From the human T2T-CHM13v2.0 reference genome, Homo sapiens, in NCBI RefSeq assembly GCF_009914755.1, contig NC_060938.1: a stretch of DNA of 64,000 nucleotides, one strand, 5' to 3'. Numbering within the stretch: position 1 is the first letter of the stretch; the number at the start of each line of letters is the position of its first letter. The position numbers and the translations under genes were made by a program. Below, one piece after another: positions 32,161 to 56,348 of the stretch. Under the pieces are notes generated by a model, which was not told the DNA's origin, did not search any database, and worked only from the letters and a program-made list of their open reading frames with translations.

Positions 32161-32689
32161 AACTATTGATGTTGTTAGTTGGTTTTTCTAGGGGGTAATG
32201 ATATTACAGTTATTGTTAAAAAGTTTTATCTTTTAGATATATATGCCAATATATTTATGGATGAAATAATCTGATATCTTGGATTTGTTTCAAATAACAT
32301 AGGAGGAAGAATAGAGGGAAGGATAGGTTACCAGTGAAAAGGCTGAGTTTATATTGTTTAAGTGGGATGATGGGTAATAGTCCATTAGACTGTCTTCTTT
32401 TGTATATGTTTAAATTTTTCTGTAATAAAAAACAAACAAAACCTTTGCTTGTTTCTTCACCATTATTTACCTAAGGCCTAGAGCAGTTCTTGGCATATAG
32501 AAGGCACTCGACAAATACATACTTATTCGATATTCATTGTATATTGAATCTTTGGGAGAGTAAAGGTATATTTTCAAGATAAATTTTATTCAGTTACTGT
32601 AAATTATTGGAAATCTAAATTCTTGTTTCCAAAGGAGGATTTTACAGAGTCTGCCCTTTCAGGCCATGCATTCAAGAATATTCTAATTA

Positions 32690-33363
32690 AAAAGTTAGGA
32701 AACAACAGGTGCTGGAGAGGATGTGGAGAAATAGGAACACTTTTACACTGTTGGTGGGACTGTAAACTAGTTCAACCATTGTGGAAGACAGTGTGGCGAT
32801 TCCTCAAGGATCTAGAACTAGAAATACCATTTGACCCAGCCATCCTATTACTGGGTATATACCCAAAGGATTATAAATCATGCTGCTATAAAGACACATG
32901 CACATGTATGTTTATTGCGGCACTATTCACAATAGCAAAGACTTGGAACCAACCCAAATGTTCATCAATGATAGACTGGATTAAGAAAATGTAGCACATA
33001 TACACCAAGGAATACCATGCAGCCATAAAAAAGGATGAGTTCATGTCCTTTGTAGGGACATAGATGAAGCTGGAAATCATCATTCTCAGCAAACTATCAC
33101 AAGGACAAAAAACCAAACACCGCATGTTCTCACTCATAGGTGGGAATTGAACAATGAGAACACTTGGACACAGGAAGGGGAACATCACACACCGGGGACT
33201 GTTGTGGGGTGGGGGGAGGGGGAAGGGATAGCATTAGGAGATATACCTAATGTGAATGACGAGTTAATGGGTGCAGCACACCAACATGGCACATGTATAC
33301 ATATGTAACAAACCTGCACTTTGTGCACATGTACCCTAGAACTTAAAGTATAATAATAAAAAA
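32690..33363 (+). mobile_element. 5'-truncated L1PA (ORF2 C-terminus + 3' UTR + A tail)
   Basis: Encodes GNNRCWRGCGEIGTLLHCWWDCKLVQPLWK; G-rich 3' UTR; TSD AAGAATATTCTAATTA at 32674-32689 and 33364-33379. Confidence 0.95.
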
Positions 33364-33450
33364 AAGAATATTCTAATTATGGGAAGGCCAGAAACTATAG
33401 TCACTAATTTGGTGATAACTATGCCTTTATGCCTTTAATTATCTTCATAA

Positions 33451-36045
<2,595 letters not shown>

Positions 36046-37119
36046 AACCAAATGGAATTATAAGCGCTTGACTCGTAGCCCATCTTCACCATATCTCTTG
36101 TCTACCTCTAAGGCTTCGATGTCCTTTGTTCCCATGATTCACCCTCACTGCTCTGGAACCAATTGTTTTGTAATGCTCTTCCTTCATTATAGTCTCATTT
36201 CTATTCAGTAATTCAATTTAGTGCTAATTCTCCCCTACTTCATGCACTCATTTCGTGTGCTCAGTATCTTCTTCCAACACTCCCTGGACCTCCACACCTC
36301 AAATGAAACCTGTGCTCTCCCGACAGCACATCCACCCTCCTAATACTCCTCAGTAGAGATGGGTCCTTGCCATGTTCTGATGGCACCTGGACGGTGGAAG
36401 GGACTAGCATGTATTGAGCAATCACTATGTGCCAGACACTTCATGTAACAAGGAATTTCATCATGTTTAATTTCGTTTAACCTTCCAAACAACCTTTCAA
36501 GGTAAACGTTGTTTTGCATTTTACAAAGGAGGAAACGGGTTCAAAATTATGTGACTTGCCAAGGACACACACAATGGCAGAGCTGTAATTGGACTCTAAA
36601 TCTTGATTGACCTCACTGCATTTGCTCTTTTCACTGTGCCACGGGAGAAAAAAGGTACAACATTCTTTTCTGTCTCAGTTGCTTTCAATCATGACATTGT
36701 TATTTCTCAATTCTTCTCTGGATGCTTACTACCACTTGGTCACATCCTCAATTGCTGCTGTCTACTGACCTCTGAAAACTTCCTTATGAACGGGAGCACC
36801 TGGCTTAGCATTTACTCTGCAAATCAGAGCCTAGACACTTAGCCACCATGGAAAAGTGCCTTTTACCAGGTGCCGAAAAATTTCTTTCTGATTGTAACTA
36901 CCAATCCTCTGAGTGCCCACTGTCTCTCTGTCATTATTCTTTCTGCTCTTTCTCCAGCCTGCCCCGCTCCGCCATTATCATGCCAAAATGCATGGCCCAA
37001 CCTCCAGCTGGCTTCCAAGCCCACTCTGCGTCACCACTGCTCTCTGTGCCACAGCCACACCAACCTCCTTTCAGTCCTCAGATGACCTACCAAAGGGCTC
37101 AAAAAAACAAAAACAAAAA

Positions 37120-37408
37120 CATAGAAACAGGGGCCTGCTCTGTCACACGGGCTGGAGGGCAGTGGAGTGATCATAGCTCACTACAGCCTTGAATTCCTGG
37201 GCTCAAGCAATCCTCCCGCCTCAGCCTCCTGAGTAGCTAGGACTACAGGGCTGCACCACCATGCCCAGCTAATTTTTAAAATATTTTTATAGAGATGGGG
37301 TCTTGCTATGTTGCCCAGGCTGATCTTGAACTCCTGGTCTCAAGCAATCCTCCTGCCTAGGCCTCCTAAAGTGCTGGGATTACAGGCATGAGCCACTGTT
37401 CTAGGGCC
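37120..37408 (-). mobile_element. AluJ within L2 remnants (L2 tail to ~37750)
   Basis: Reverse-complement Alu; L2 3' end CAGTGCCTAGGACTAAGTAGG...TGAATGAAT. Confidence 0.85.
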
Positions 37409-37880
37409 CAAAGGGCTTTTTTTGTGTCCATGCTCTTCCTTCTGCCTAGAGGCTTCTCTTCGCCCTTAGCCTAGTTCACTGCTATTCATCCTTCTGATCT
37501 AGCACAATTGTTACTTCCTCAAAGAAGCCCCCACCCACCCCATTCCTGGCCCTAGAGTGTGTTCTTTGTTTCAGAGTCCTCACTTGTGATAACTAGAGTG
37601 ATTTTATGATTAATGTCTACCTCCCCATCTAGACTGCAAACTCCATGAGTGCAGGGACAATGGTGCTTTTTTTGCTCACTAATGTCTTCAGGGCCCAGTA
37701 CAGTGCCTAGGACTAAGTAGGTACCCAATTTAAAATTGCTGAATGAATGTATATAGGACATGTATGTGGTAACACTTGGTGGACAGTTGGATATATGGTA
37801 TCCCTAGCCCAGGAGAAAGATTTGGGCTAAAAAATCATATTTAAGTGTTATTAGTACATAAGTGGTCACTGATGTTATCA

Positions 37881-38245
<365 letters not shown>

Positions 38246-38445
38246 TTAAAAATTATTTAAAAAAACAAATATAATTAAAAAATAATAAAAAATATTGTAT
38301 AATAAAGAATTTCAAACATTCCCCAAAGGAGAGAGAATAATACAATGAACTCTCATGTATCAGAATCCTCACCCAGATTCTACAATTATCAAGATTTTGC
38401 TATGTTGTTTTATCTACCTATTTCCCCCTTCTATGTCTTGTCTTC

Positions 38446-38836
38446 TTTTTTTTTTTTGAGCAGCATGGCTGTTTATTTCACCTGGGTGCAGGCGGGCTGA
38501 GTCCAAAAAGAGAGTCAGCGAAGGGAGATAGGGGTGGGGCCATTTCATAGGATTTGGGAAGGTAATGGAAAATTACAGTCAAAGGGGGTTGTTCTCTGGT
38601 GGGCAGGCGGGGATCTCACAAAGTACATTCTTAAGGGCGGGGGAGATTACAAAGTACATTGATCAGTTAGGGTGGGGCAGGAACAAATCACAATGGTGGA
38701 ATGTCATCAGTTAAGGCTGTTTTTACTTCTTTTGTGGATCTTCAGTTACTTCAGGCCATCTGGATGTGTACGTGCAAGTCACAGGGGATGCGATGGCCTG
38801 GCCTGGGCTCAGAGGCCTGACATTCCTGCCTTCTTA
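38446..38836 (-). mobile_element. HERV-H 3' fragment: PPT + LTR7 U3-R + poly(A), no U5 (L1-retroposed)
   Basis: Minus strand TAAGAAGGCAGGAA|TGTCAGGCCTCTGAGCCC...AATAAACAGCCATGCTGCTC-A12; 17-bp TSD TATGTCTTGTCTTCTTT at 38432-38448 and 38837-38853. Confidence 0.92.
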
Positions 38837-39061
38837 TATGTCTTGTCTTCTTTACTGAAATGTTTAAAAAATAACTACAGACATCATGCTATTTCATCCC
38901 CACATATCTCAATAAGCACCTCTGAAAAAAATTATGGAATTGTCTTACATAACTCAAGGCCATTATCACACCTAATGAAATTAACAATAATTCCTTGGTA
39001 TCAACTAATATCCAGTTTATAATCAAATTTCTTCAAATATCAAAAAAGGTCCACATACTGG

Positions 39062-39377
<316 letters not shown>

Positions 39378-40866
39378 CTAGCTGGTAAGTCTGTTTCTCA
39401 TGGTATATGGGTTAATAGTTCTCAAACGGCTTTACATATGTACTGGGGCTGAACAAATAAGTAAATGTATAGTGGATTTTGGGAGGAAGGGTTTTCACTA
39501 TCAGAAAGAGAAGTAACATATAAGCAAGGAGGGAAAAATAGAATGAGCCCTTGGGTAGTGGATTAGAGTTGGTTAGCTAGCTTGGTATATATATAGACAG
39601 AAATATGTGTATATACATGAGTCGGTATACACACAAATATTACCTAGTGCTATACCTCACGCTGTCCACTGAGAGGGCCTAGAGGCAATGACACCCCCAT
39701 AGCAATGGGCACATCTTGTGTCCAGATTTTGGTTTCAAAATACTGTGAACTCTGAAAATTTGAGACAGGTCTCAGTTAATTGTTTATTTTGCCAAGGTTG
39801 GGGACATGTGTCCGTGACAGCCTCAGGAAGTCCTGAAGACCTGTGCCCAAGGTGGTTGGGGTACAGCTTAGTTTTATACATTTTAGGGAGGCATGAGACA
39901 TCAATCAATATATGTAAGAAGTACATTGGTTCAGTCTGGAAAGGCAGGAAGACTTGAAGTGGGGAGGAGGCTTCCAGGTCACAGATAGGTGATACACAAA
40001 TGGTTACATTCTTTTGAGATTCTGTTAGCCTTTCCAAAGGAGGCAATCAGATATGCATCTATCTCAGTGAGCACAGGGGTGACTTTGAATAGAATGGGAG
40101 GCAGCTTTGCCCTAAGCAGTTCCCAGCTTGACTATTCCCTTTAGCTTAGTGATTTGGGGGCCCCAAGCTTTAATTTCCTTTCATATTTCCCCCCTTTCTT
40201 TTCAAAAATCTTTTGGAGAAGGCATTTTACAAGAAAATGAATCTCTGGTCTCAGGTTTCATTTGATCTCTCATGGCAAGGATGGTTTATTCCTAGACAGG
40301 TAGGTCCCGAACGAAGATTTTTAGCAGGTTGTGAAGTCTCATGTCCTATGAAGGAAAAATAGTGGGGAGGAAGGGAGAAAAAACAACAACAAACAAAAGA
40401 ACATTCTTGGAAAATCTATATAGGCCACATTTCTCTGAAGTCTATAGTCAGTAGGCAGGTATGTAAATTGGTTGCTGTTATTTTCTTCTGAAGTTTAAGT
40501 TGTTTAGTCTCAGTTAGCTGGGCTTTAAGAAAGCACAGCTTAGTTTTCAGTGACTCCTAATTAGGAAACATGGGAAAAAAAGAAGGGAAAAAAAAGAAAA
40601 AGTTGAAAACATTATTTTGAAGACTTGTAGCCAAGAAACAATTAGAATTCAGCCCAAACTGTAGAACATAATAAAAAATTAAAAAAAAAAAAATTAGGCA
40701 AGACTAGACTCTAACAACGAGTGTACTATCGTCTTGAAACATTTTTTTCTCTCTCTCTCTAGTTTCCCATTTTACTAAAGATAAATCATGGTAGGATTGG
40801 TTTGCTTATTATGCTTGGCCAAATTATTTGTATACAGTTCAGCAAAAATAATTATTTTTTACATAG

Positions 40867-41349
<483 letters not shown>

Positions 41350-42621
41350 TGATATTCTTTACTTACCACAGGCCAGAAACCCTGTACACGGACTGTGTAC
41401 ACAAAATATGAGGCCAGTTTTTCCAAGGGCTTTATTGGCTTCTTAAGTCAAGTTTGATTCCTTATAGGAAAGTGCACCATTCCAGTCAAAGCCTTGGTAA
41501 AACTACCAGTTTCTTCAATTGTGTCCTGTTAAAAATGAAAACAGATTCTTATTGCACTTATGCAACTAACTGTATTGCCAAAAGTTAAGAAGCTCACAAA
41601 TAGTTTTCAAATTCTGGAGAAAATCAATTACAGAGAAACAAATATGCTCCAAATTTTGTTCATGGGAGTATACTAAATTGTTGAAAGCTGTCAATAGCTC
41701 AAAAGAAAAGTTTTAAGACTCTGAAAAACAGAATAAAGGATCAGCAACATTTTAAGCAAAAAGTCAAAAAGATTAGTTCAGTCCATGCAGTTAATTCCTG
41801 TTCTGCTTGATATTCATGAACATTTTAGCTCTCCATGAGTCTTGAAAGTTTTTTCTCTATTCTGATGTCACAATCTCCAAAGCTATCAGAAATCTGCACT
41901 CAAGAGCACCTGTTATAGTTTAATAGCTGGTTATAAAACCATCTTCTAAAGAGAACCAAAACAAGGCAACAATTGTCTGTGGATGACAAAAAGTTTTAGG
42001 GCAGCCATAGTCAAAAACATAATTGACAAGGGAATTTGTTACCTCTGTGGCACACAGTAATTTTAACTTAACATAACAATTATTGTTATTGATAATGTAC
42101 ACTAAGTTATATTAGAATTATAAGTTTCTCATAATTTTGGAACACATACCAATAACATTTATACAAATACAGCTCAAAGAAACCAAATAACCATTTCATA
42201 TTTGACAATGCTTCCTGTATAATTTTTATACCAAATAAGCCAAATTATATTATTTTTGGACTTTAGGGAATGTAATATCTTAAAGGAGTAATTAGGTTAG
42301 AACAAGACACAATTTATAATTTAATTTTGGAAAGTTTGTCAAATATAAAAGGTTTAAAACACTTGATATTACAAAATAGGATTTCAGGTCATTGTAAAGT
42401 CATCTGTTTAACCAAAGTGGTAATTCAAGGATTTCAAAAATAGTGAAAACCTTCATTTATTGAGAGAGGGGACTTAATTTTCTAAACCTGAAGCCCTAAT
42501 AAAAACAGCATGGAGCCAATTCCACTTGCTTTTCCAAATTTTGTAAGCAATCTATAAAGTTTATTCTTGAGTATAAAATATAACTTCCATAAACCTTTTA
42601 TAACCTTTATAAACTTTATTA

Positions 42622-42960
<339 letters not shown>

Positions 42961-43250
42961 TTAATCTAATACAGGGGTCCATATACTGGTTTTTGCATCA
43001 GTGTGTTTTTGACACTAATGATTAATTTATAGAGAAACTAAACTTATTTATCTTTCCAAATCGGCCCTTACAATCTTTGATCTTATGTGCCCACCTCTTC
43101 CGTGATAGTCCCTGGGCCTTGAGGAGTTGAATAGCTTTAATTTCTTGCCCTGTGTCTCAGGAATGCATTTTATTTTGATTGGCATCTTCTACAGGGCCTA
43201 AAGATGAGGCTTTAATTGCTGTCAGTGTTTAGGCTGGGCGTGATGGCTCA

Positions 43251-43469
<219 letters not shown>

Positions 43470-44038
43470 TCACTGCACTCTAGCCTGGGCGACAGAGCGA
43501 GACCCTGTCTCAAAAAAAAAAAAAAAAAAAATTGCTGTGAGTGTTTAAAATTTAACAGGACTTGGTGTCCATTTTAGACCCAGGAGTTAAAGCCCTCTAA
43601 CTCAATGTTACAAGGACTTTATTTTATTTCATTTTATTTTGTTTTTTAATTTTTCCATAGGTTTTTTGGGGAACAGGGAGTATTTGGTTACATAACTGAG
43701 TTCTTTAGTGGTGATTTGTGAGATTTTGGTGTACCCATCACCCAAGCAGTATACACTGCACCCTATTTGTAGTCTTTTATCTCTCATCCCCCCAACCCTC
43801 ACCCCCAAGATCCCAAAGTCCTCAAAGTCCATTATATCATTCTTATGCCTGTGTATCTTTATAGCTTAGCTTCCACAGATCAGTGAGAACATATGATGTT
43901 TGGTTTTCCATTCCTGGGCTACTTCACTTACAATAATAGTCTCCAATCTCATCTACCACAATTTCTTTATCCACTTGTTGATTGATGGGCATTTGGGTTG
44001 GTTCCACGATTTTGCAATTGTGAATTGTGCTGCTATAA

Positions 44039-44826
<788 letters not shown>

Positions 44827-46505
44827 TAGTGTAGAAGTGTTCTCTGATCACCGTATCCATGCCAACATCTACAGTTTTTTGATTTTTTGATTATAGCCAT
44901 TCTTGCAGGAGTAAGGTGGTGTTGCATTGTGGTTTTGATTTGCATTTCCCTGATCACTAGTGATGCTGAGCATACGTTTGTTTGCCATTTGTATATCTTC
45001 CCTTGAGAATTGTCTATTCATGTCCTTAGCCCACTTTTTGATGGGATTGTTTGTTTTTTTCTTACTGATTTGTTTGAGTTCGTTGTAGATTCCGGATATT
45101 AGTCCTTTGTCAGATGGATAGATTGTGAAGATTTTCTCCCACTCTGTGGGTTGTCTGTTTACTCTGCTGACTGTTCCTTTTGCCGTGCAAAATAACTCTT
45201 TAGTTTAATTAAGTCCCAACTATTTATCTTTGTTTTTATTATATTTGCTTTTGGGTTCTTGGTCATGAAATCCTTGCCTAAGCCAATGTCTAGAAGCATT
45301 TTTCCAAAATTATCTTCTAGAGTTTTTATAGTTTCAGGTCTTAGATTTAAGTCCTTAATCCATCTTGAGTTGATTTTTGTATAAGGTGAGAGATGAGGAT
45401 CTAGTTTCATTCTCCTACCTGTGGCTAGCCAATTATCCCAGCGCCATTTATTAAAAAGTGTCCTTTCCCCACTTTATGTTTTTGTTTGCTTTGTCAAAGC
45501 TCAGTTGGCTGTAAGTATTTGGTTTATTTCTGGATTCTCTATTCTGTTCCATTGGTGTATGTACCTATTTTTATACCAGTACCATGCTGTTTTGGTGACT
45601 ATGACCTTATAGTATAGTTTGAAATCAGTTAGTGTGATACCTCCAGATTTGTCCTTTTTGCTTAGTCTTGCTTTGGCTATGCAGGCACTTTTTTCATTCC
45701 ATATGAAGTTTAGAATTGTTTTTTCTAATTCTATGAAGAATGATGGTGGTATTTTGATGGGGATTGTGTTGTATTTTGATGGGGATTGTGTATGGTCATT
45801 TTCACAATATTGATTCTACCCATCCATGAGCATGGGGTATATTTTCATTTGTTTCTGTCGTCTATGATTTCTCTCAGCAGTGTTTTGTACTTTTCCTTGT
45901 AGAGGTCAACAAGGACTTTAAAAGCACGTATAGAAAGATACATGGATGAAATATCTTAGTTTAAAAAAAGTTTTATCTCAGTTTTTTTCCTAAGCAAACC
46001 AAAACTTAATAATAATATTTGGACTTTCTGGTTTGTCCTGAACATCCCTCCTTCTTAATCAACCAGTCATTTTTATTTTAGGACTAAACATTTACTATAA
46101 AAGATTCTTTCTCATATACAATTATTTCTCTTTAAGCTTTCTTACTACACACACAAAAAATCTCTTTATTTTTATAACTTTCTTTACTTCTGTTTTTTAT
46201 TTCCTGGTTCCTTTTCCCTTGTTTTATACAGAGCCTTTAAATGAGCTTGGAATTAGACAAAAATTTTTCTCTTTTTTTTAAAAAAAGGACACCCTTTTTT
46301 TTTTTAAGCAAGAATGTTTTCCTACAATATATATTTATTGGAAAATACCCAAATAATAAAATACCTATTATTGAATTTAACTTTATTTCTAAATTGTGAC
46401 CAGTTTGTCTGCAAGTATTTGTCCCATTACATTTACCTAATTATTTTATTTTAATTGTTTACCTAGATTATTTACGAAAACTGTGATAGTCATGATTTAA
46501 AACTA

Positions 46506-46750
46506 TGAAGCTGCCATTGCAAGATTATAACTGAGACAGTGGAAAAAGTTTTGACCTAACTGACTCCATATTGCTCTTAACCTCCAAGCTGTCCTTGTTC
46601 ATTCCTGGGCATGGGCTGAACTAGCTTTGGGAAGGAACTGAGTTTATAGTTTAGCTTTGAAACAAAGACAATAACAGTCCTTTCCCAAAACAAACCTCCT
46701 TACTGTCTGTGGACCAGACTGTCTAAAGCCACAGGATTAGAAGTTATGGC
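46506..46750 (+). mobile_element. LTR8-like 5' fragment within the MER4 internal region
   Basis: TGAAGCTGCCATTGCAAGATTATAACTGAGACAGTG...AACCTCCAAGCTGTCCTTGTTCATTCCTGGGC resembles the LTR8 start. Confidence 0.7.
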
Positions 46751-47055
46751 AATCTTATTAAATTCAAAATGCAGCTATTTTTATTAAACCCATATCAATG
46801 TCTTATTTACTAAAAATTACACAAGCATAGATCATTCTGTTTTGGCCTGGGTTTATAGTTTTGTAACTTCTATGCCAAATTTTGACACCTTACATTATTT
46901 GGCAGGGTAAGTATGAAATTTGCTTGATTAATAATGCAAACAAAGTGTATGCTGGCAATTCTTTAGATATTTCTAATAGTACTTTACCAGTAATTTTAAA
47001 GCTAGTTTATTTATTAAAGATTTTACTTATTACATAAACCTGAAAAAGCATTTGA

Positions 47056-47287
<232 letters not shown>

Positions 47288-49560
47288 TGATCCACCTGCT
47301 TTGGCCTCCCAAAGTGCTGGGATTACAGGCGTGAGCCACCGTGCCCGGCCTAGTCTTTTCTTTTTCAGTATCTGATTTACATGCTTGTATTTTTCTTTAA
47401 GCCAATTAGTTAGAGCTCTTTCATATATTTTTAGTAGTGAAACATTTTGTACACAACACATAAATATATATAAAGACGTATTAGGCATGCCGACAGCAGT
47501 ACATTTTATACATTTATAAAGACCCTCACCCCCTTTTCTTTTTTCCTTTCTTAGACTGTCAAGATTCTTGATAACCTGTTTCACAAACCTAGGCAGTTGT
47601 CAGCTAAATAGCCTTAAATTTGCACATTAAAGGAAACAACTCAGGTGAAAATCAAATAGCAAAATTTACATCATAAGGTAGAGAGAGAAAAAATGTGGTG
47701 GTGCTAGAGGGAGACACTTTTATTTTTCTTTGAGTCAAATTAAACATAAAATTAAACTATACTCTGTCTTAAAAACCCAAGAGTAGCCTCTGTTGCAGTA
47801 ACTATTTTAGCAAAACAAACAAACAAACAAAAAATCAGGTGAAAACAGAATTCAGATAACTGAGAAGAAAAAGAAAAACAAACTTTCGTTAAAAAAAAAA
47901 AGACAAGGTCTTAGAAGAGAAAAACAACAACAACAAACAAAAACATGAAGGCCTTTCAAATACAAACATGCACACATACACACACACATCTTGGGTGTGT
48001 TATCCTTTTAATTAAGCTGATTTTTAACCATTGAGCTGCTTAAAATTTTTTTTCTTTAAATCTTATTACCATATTTCAGCTAGGACAAAATGCTGCTATT
48101 TCAGAAGTACAGCCAACAACAAGAGTTAAGCGAAACTAACAATGATCACACAACATACGATTTCTGAGTGTTCTAAGTGTAAGTAGGAATTAACACCAGC
48201 TGGCTGGTAAATGCTAACTTTAGTCATTTAAAAGGAATTGGCAAGACAGAATCCCAAACCAGTTTCTTACCTAGTGATGGGTCTCAGGCTGTAGACTGCT
48301 CTCTACTATTCTAGAGGCAGGAAAAAAAACCTCATCTTCCCTGTTGGAAGCCAGCTCAAATTCCATAAAGGAGTTACCTGCCTTTCATCGTCATGGAAGG
48401 AGGAAAACTTGCCTTCCTGTTGGAAGCAAGTAAAACTACAAAAAACAAAAAGAAGAGTTGTACAGCAAAATAAACTTTAGATCTCCACCAAATTTGGGGA
48501 GATCAGGCATTCTCTGTAGAGGGTATTTTCAGACCTCAGCAAATTGTCCTATTAGTTTGAGCCATAGAGTTAGCTCATGCTGGTACCAAGCACAGATAGG
48601 AGATTTGTCAAAGGTCGGGGGCAACTCCACTCAGAATCCTCCCATGGTTACCAAAATGCGAATCCTGAAAATTTGAGACAGGTCTCAGTTAATTTAGAAA
48701 GTTTATTTTGCCAAGGTTGAGAACACGCCCCTCCATGACACAGCCTCAGGAAGTCCTGACAACATGTGCCCAAGGTGGTCGGGGTACAGCTTAGTTTTAT
48801 ACATTTTAGGAAGACATGAGACATCAATCAATATATGTAAGAATAACATTGGTTCAGTCTGGAAAGGTGGGACAACTTGAAGCAAAGGTAGGCAGACTCT
48901 AAGCGGAGAGGGGGCTTCCAGGTCACAGATAAATGAGACATTGCATTCTTTTGAGTTTCTGTTAGCCTTTCCAAAGGAGGCAATCAGATATGCATCTATA
49001 TCAGTGAGTACAGGGGTGACTTTGAAGAGAATGGGAGGCAGGTTTGCCCTAAGCAGTTCCCAGCTTGACTATTCCCTTTAGCTTAGTGATTTGGGGGCCC
49101 CAAGATTTATTTCCTTTCACAATAAGGGCAACCTGGGCTCCTTGGAGAAATGGCTTTTAGAGCTGGGTCAAGGAAAGCACGAGATGAGTGTGGCACATTT
49201 CAAAAGACTTAGGAGTCAGCCGGATGTGGTGGCTCACACTTGTAATTCCAGCACATTGGACGAGAAGATCACTGGAGGCCAGGAGTTTGAGACCCTGTCC
49301 CTCCAAAAATAAATAAATACATAAATTAGTCCAGAGTGATGGTGTGTGCCTGTAGTTCTAGCTACCTGGAAGATTGGAGCTGGAGAATAACTTGAGCCCA
49401 GGAGTTCAAGACTGCAATGAGCTATGATCACACTGCACTCTAGAATGGGTGACAGAGTGAGATCCTATCTCTAAAAAAAATGACATAGGAGTCAATCTGA
49501 AAGTGCTCTTCCATGGCCAAAGCTGGAATAATTTGAGCAACAAAATAAGTAGCACAGTAT

Positions 49561-50424
<864 letters not shown>

Positions 50425-50428
50425 GTAT

Positions 50429-51910
<1,482 letters not shown>

Positions 51911-51919
51911 AAAGATAAT

Positions 51920-54470
<2,551 letters not shown>

Positions 54471-55197
54471 ATGAGGCGGAAAGAAGAAGTATTGAGACAA
54501 TTCATCCACATTCTCCTGTCCCTCTGGGTATCAGCAAATCACTGCAGAGAGCTAAACTTCCACCCCGACTCGGCAGCAAGAAGGTGGTGGGAGTCAGTGC
54601 TCAGCTTTTCCTGGAAAGGTGTCAGTGGGACCCAGTGGGGAGCTGAACATTTACCACTTTTAGGAACTGTGTGCTCTACCTAAACAGGGTGACTGCATGC
54701 CAAATGAAGAAAGAAAGAGAGAGAAGAAGTGAGGAAGAGAGGTAGAGAGAGAGAAAGAGAGGCAGAGAGAGAAAATGATTCAGCCTCACAAAATAATACT
54801 CAAAATGCTTAGTATATAATCAAAAAGCACTCATCATACAAGAACCAGGAAAATCTCAGTTTAAATGGAAAAAACCCCAACAGTCAACAGGCACTAACAT
54901 TTCAGTGTTACATAGATGTTAGCCTTATCTAACAAGGATTTTAAAGGAGCCACCATAAAAAGTGCTTCAATGAATTGGGTGTACCTGTAGTCCTAGCTGC
55001 TTGAGAGGCTAGCACAGGAGGATCACTTGAGCCCAGGAGTTCGAGGTTGTAGTGTGCTGTAATGTAATCCATAGGCAACATAGTGAGACTCTGTATCTTT
55101 TTTAAAAAAGCTTCAATAAACAATTACAAAAACACTTATAAAATTTTTTTAAAGTAGAAAGTCTCAGCAAAGAAATAGAAGATACAAAGAAAAACTA

Positions 55198-55488
<291 letters not shown>

Positions 55489-55986
55489 TTAAATTAAATT
55501 AAAATTTTAAAATTAAATTAATTTAATTTAAAAAAAGGACAACCAAATAGAAACCTCAGACCTGAATAATATAACCAAAAAAATGTTTAAACTTCATTGG
55601 ATAGGATCAATAACAGAATGAATAAAGCATAGGAAAAAGTCAGTGAACTTGAAGATAAAATAATAATAATAATAATCAAAATAGAGAGAAAACGGGCCTA
55701 ACTAATGTCAGGACTTCAGAAATCAGATTTAACATTTGTGTCATTGTAGTCCCAGAAAAAGAGGAGAAAAAGAGGAGAAAAAATGAAAACATATTAGAAG
55801 AAATAATGGCTGAAACCTTTCCAAATCTGTTGAAAGAAATAAGGCCACAAATTCAAAAAGCTGAGTGAACTTCAAGAAGAATAAACCCAAATAAATCCAT
55901 GCCAAGACATATCATAATTAACACTAATAATTTTCAGAAAAAAATAAAGACAAAGTCTTGATAGCTAGAGAGGAATGATACATTAC

Positions 55987-56348
55987 TGATATGATTTGGC
56001 TCTGTGTCCCCACACAAATCTCATCTTGAATTGAATTGTAATTCCAATGTGTTGAGGGAGGGACCTGGTGGGAGGTGATTGGATCATGCGGGCAGTTTCC
56101 CCCATACTGTTCTCATGATGGTGAGTGAGTTCTCATGAGACATGATGGTTTAAAAGTGTTTGGCAGTTCCCCCCACCCCTCTGCCTCTCCTGTTGTCATG
56201 TAAGGTGTGCCTTGCTTCTCCTTCATTTTTTGCCATGATTGTAAGTTTCCTGAGTCCTCCCTAGCCGTGCAGAACTGTGAGTCAATTAAATCTCTTTTCT
56301 TTATAAATTTCCCAGTTCTTTATAGCAGCATCAAGACAGACTAATACA
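55987..56348 (+). mobile_element. THE1D-like (MaLR) solo LTR within an old L1 ORF1 region (~54790-57950)
   Basis: TGATATGATTTGGCTCTGTGTCCCCAC...AGAACTGTGAGTCAATTAAA...ACTAATACA. Confidence 0.85.
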
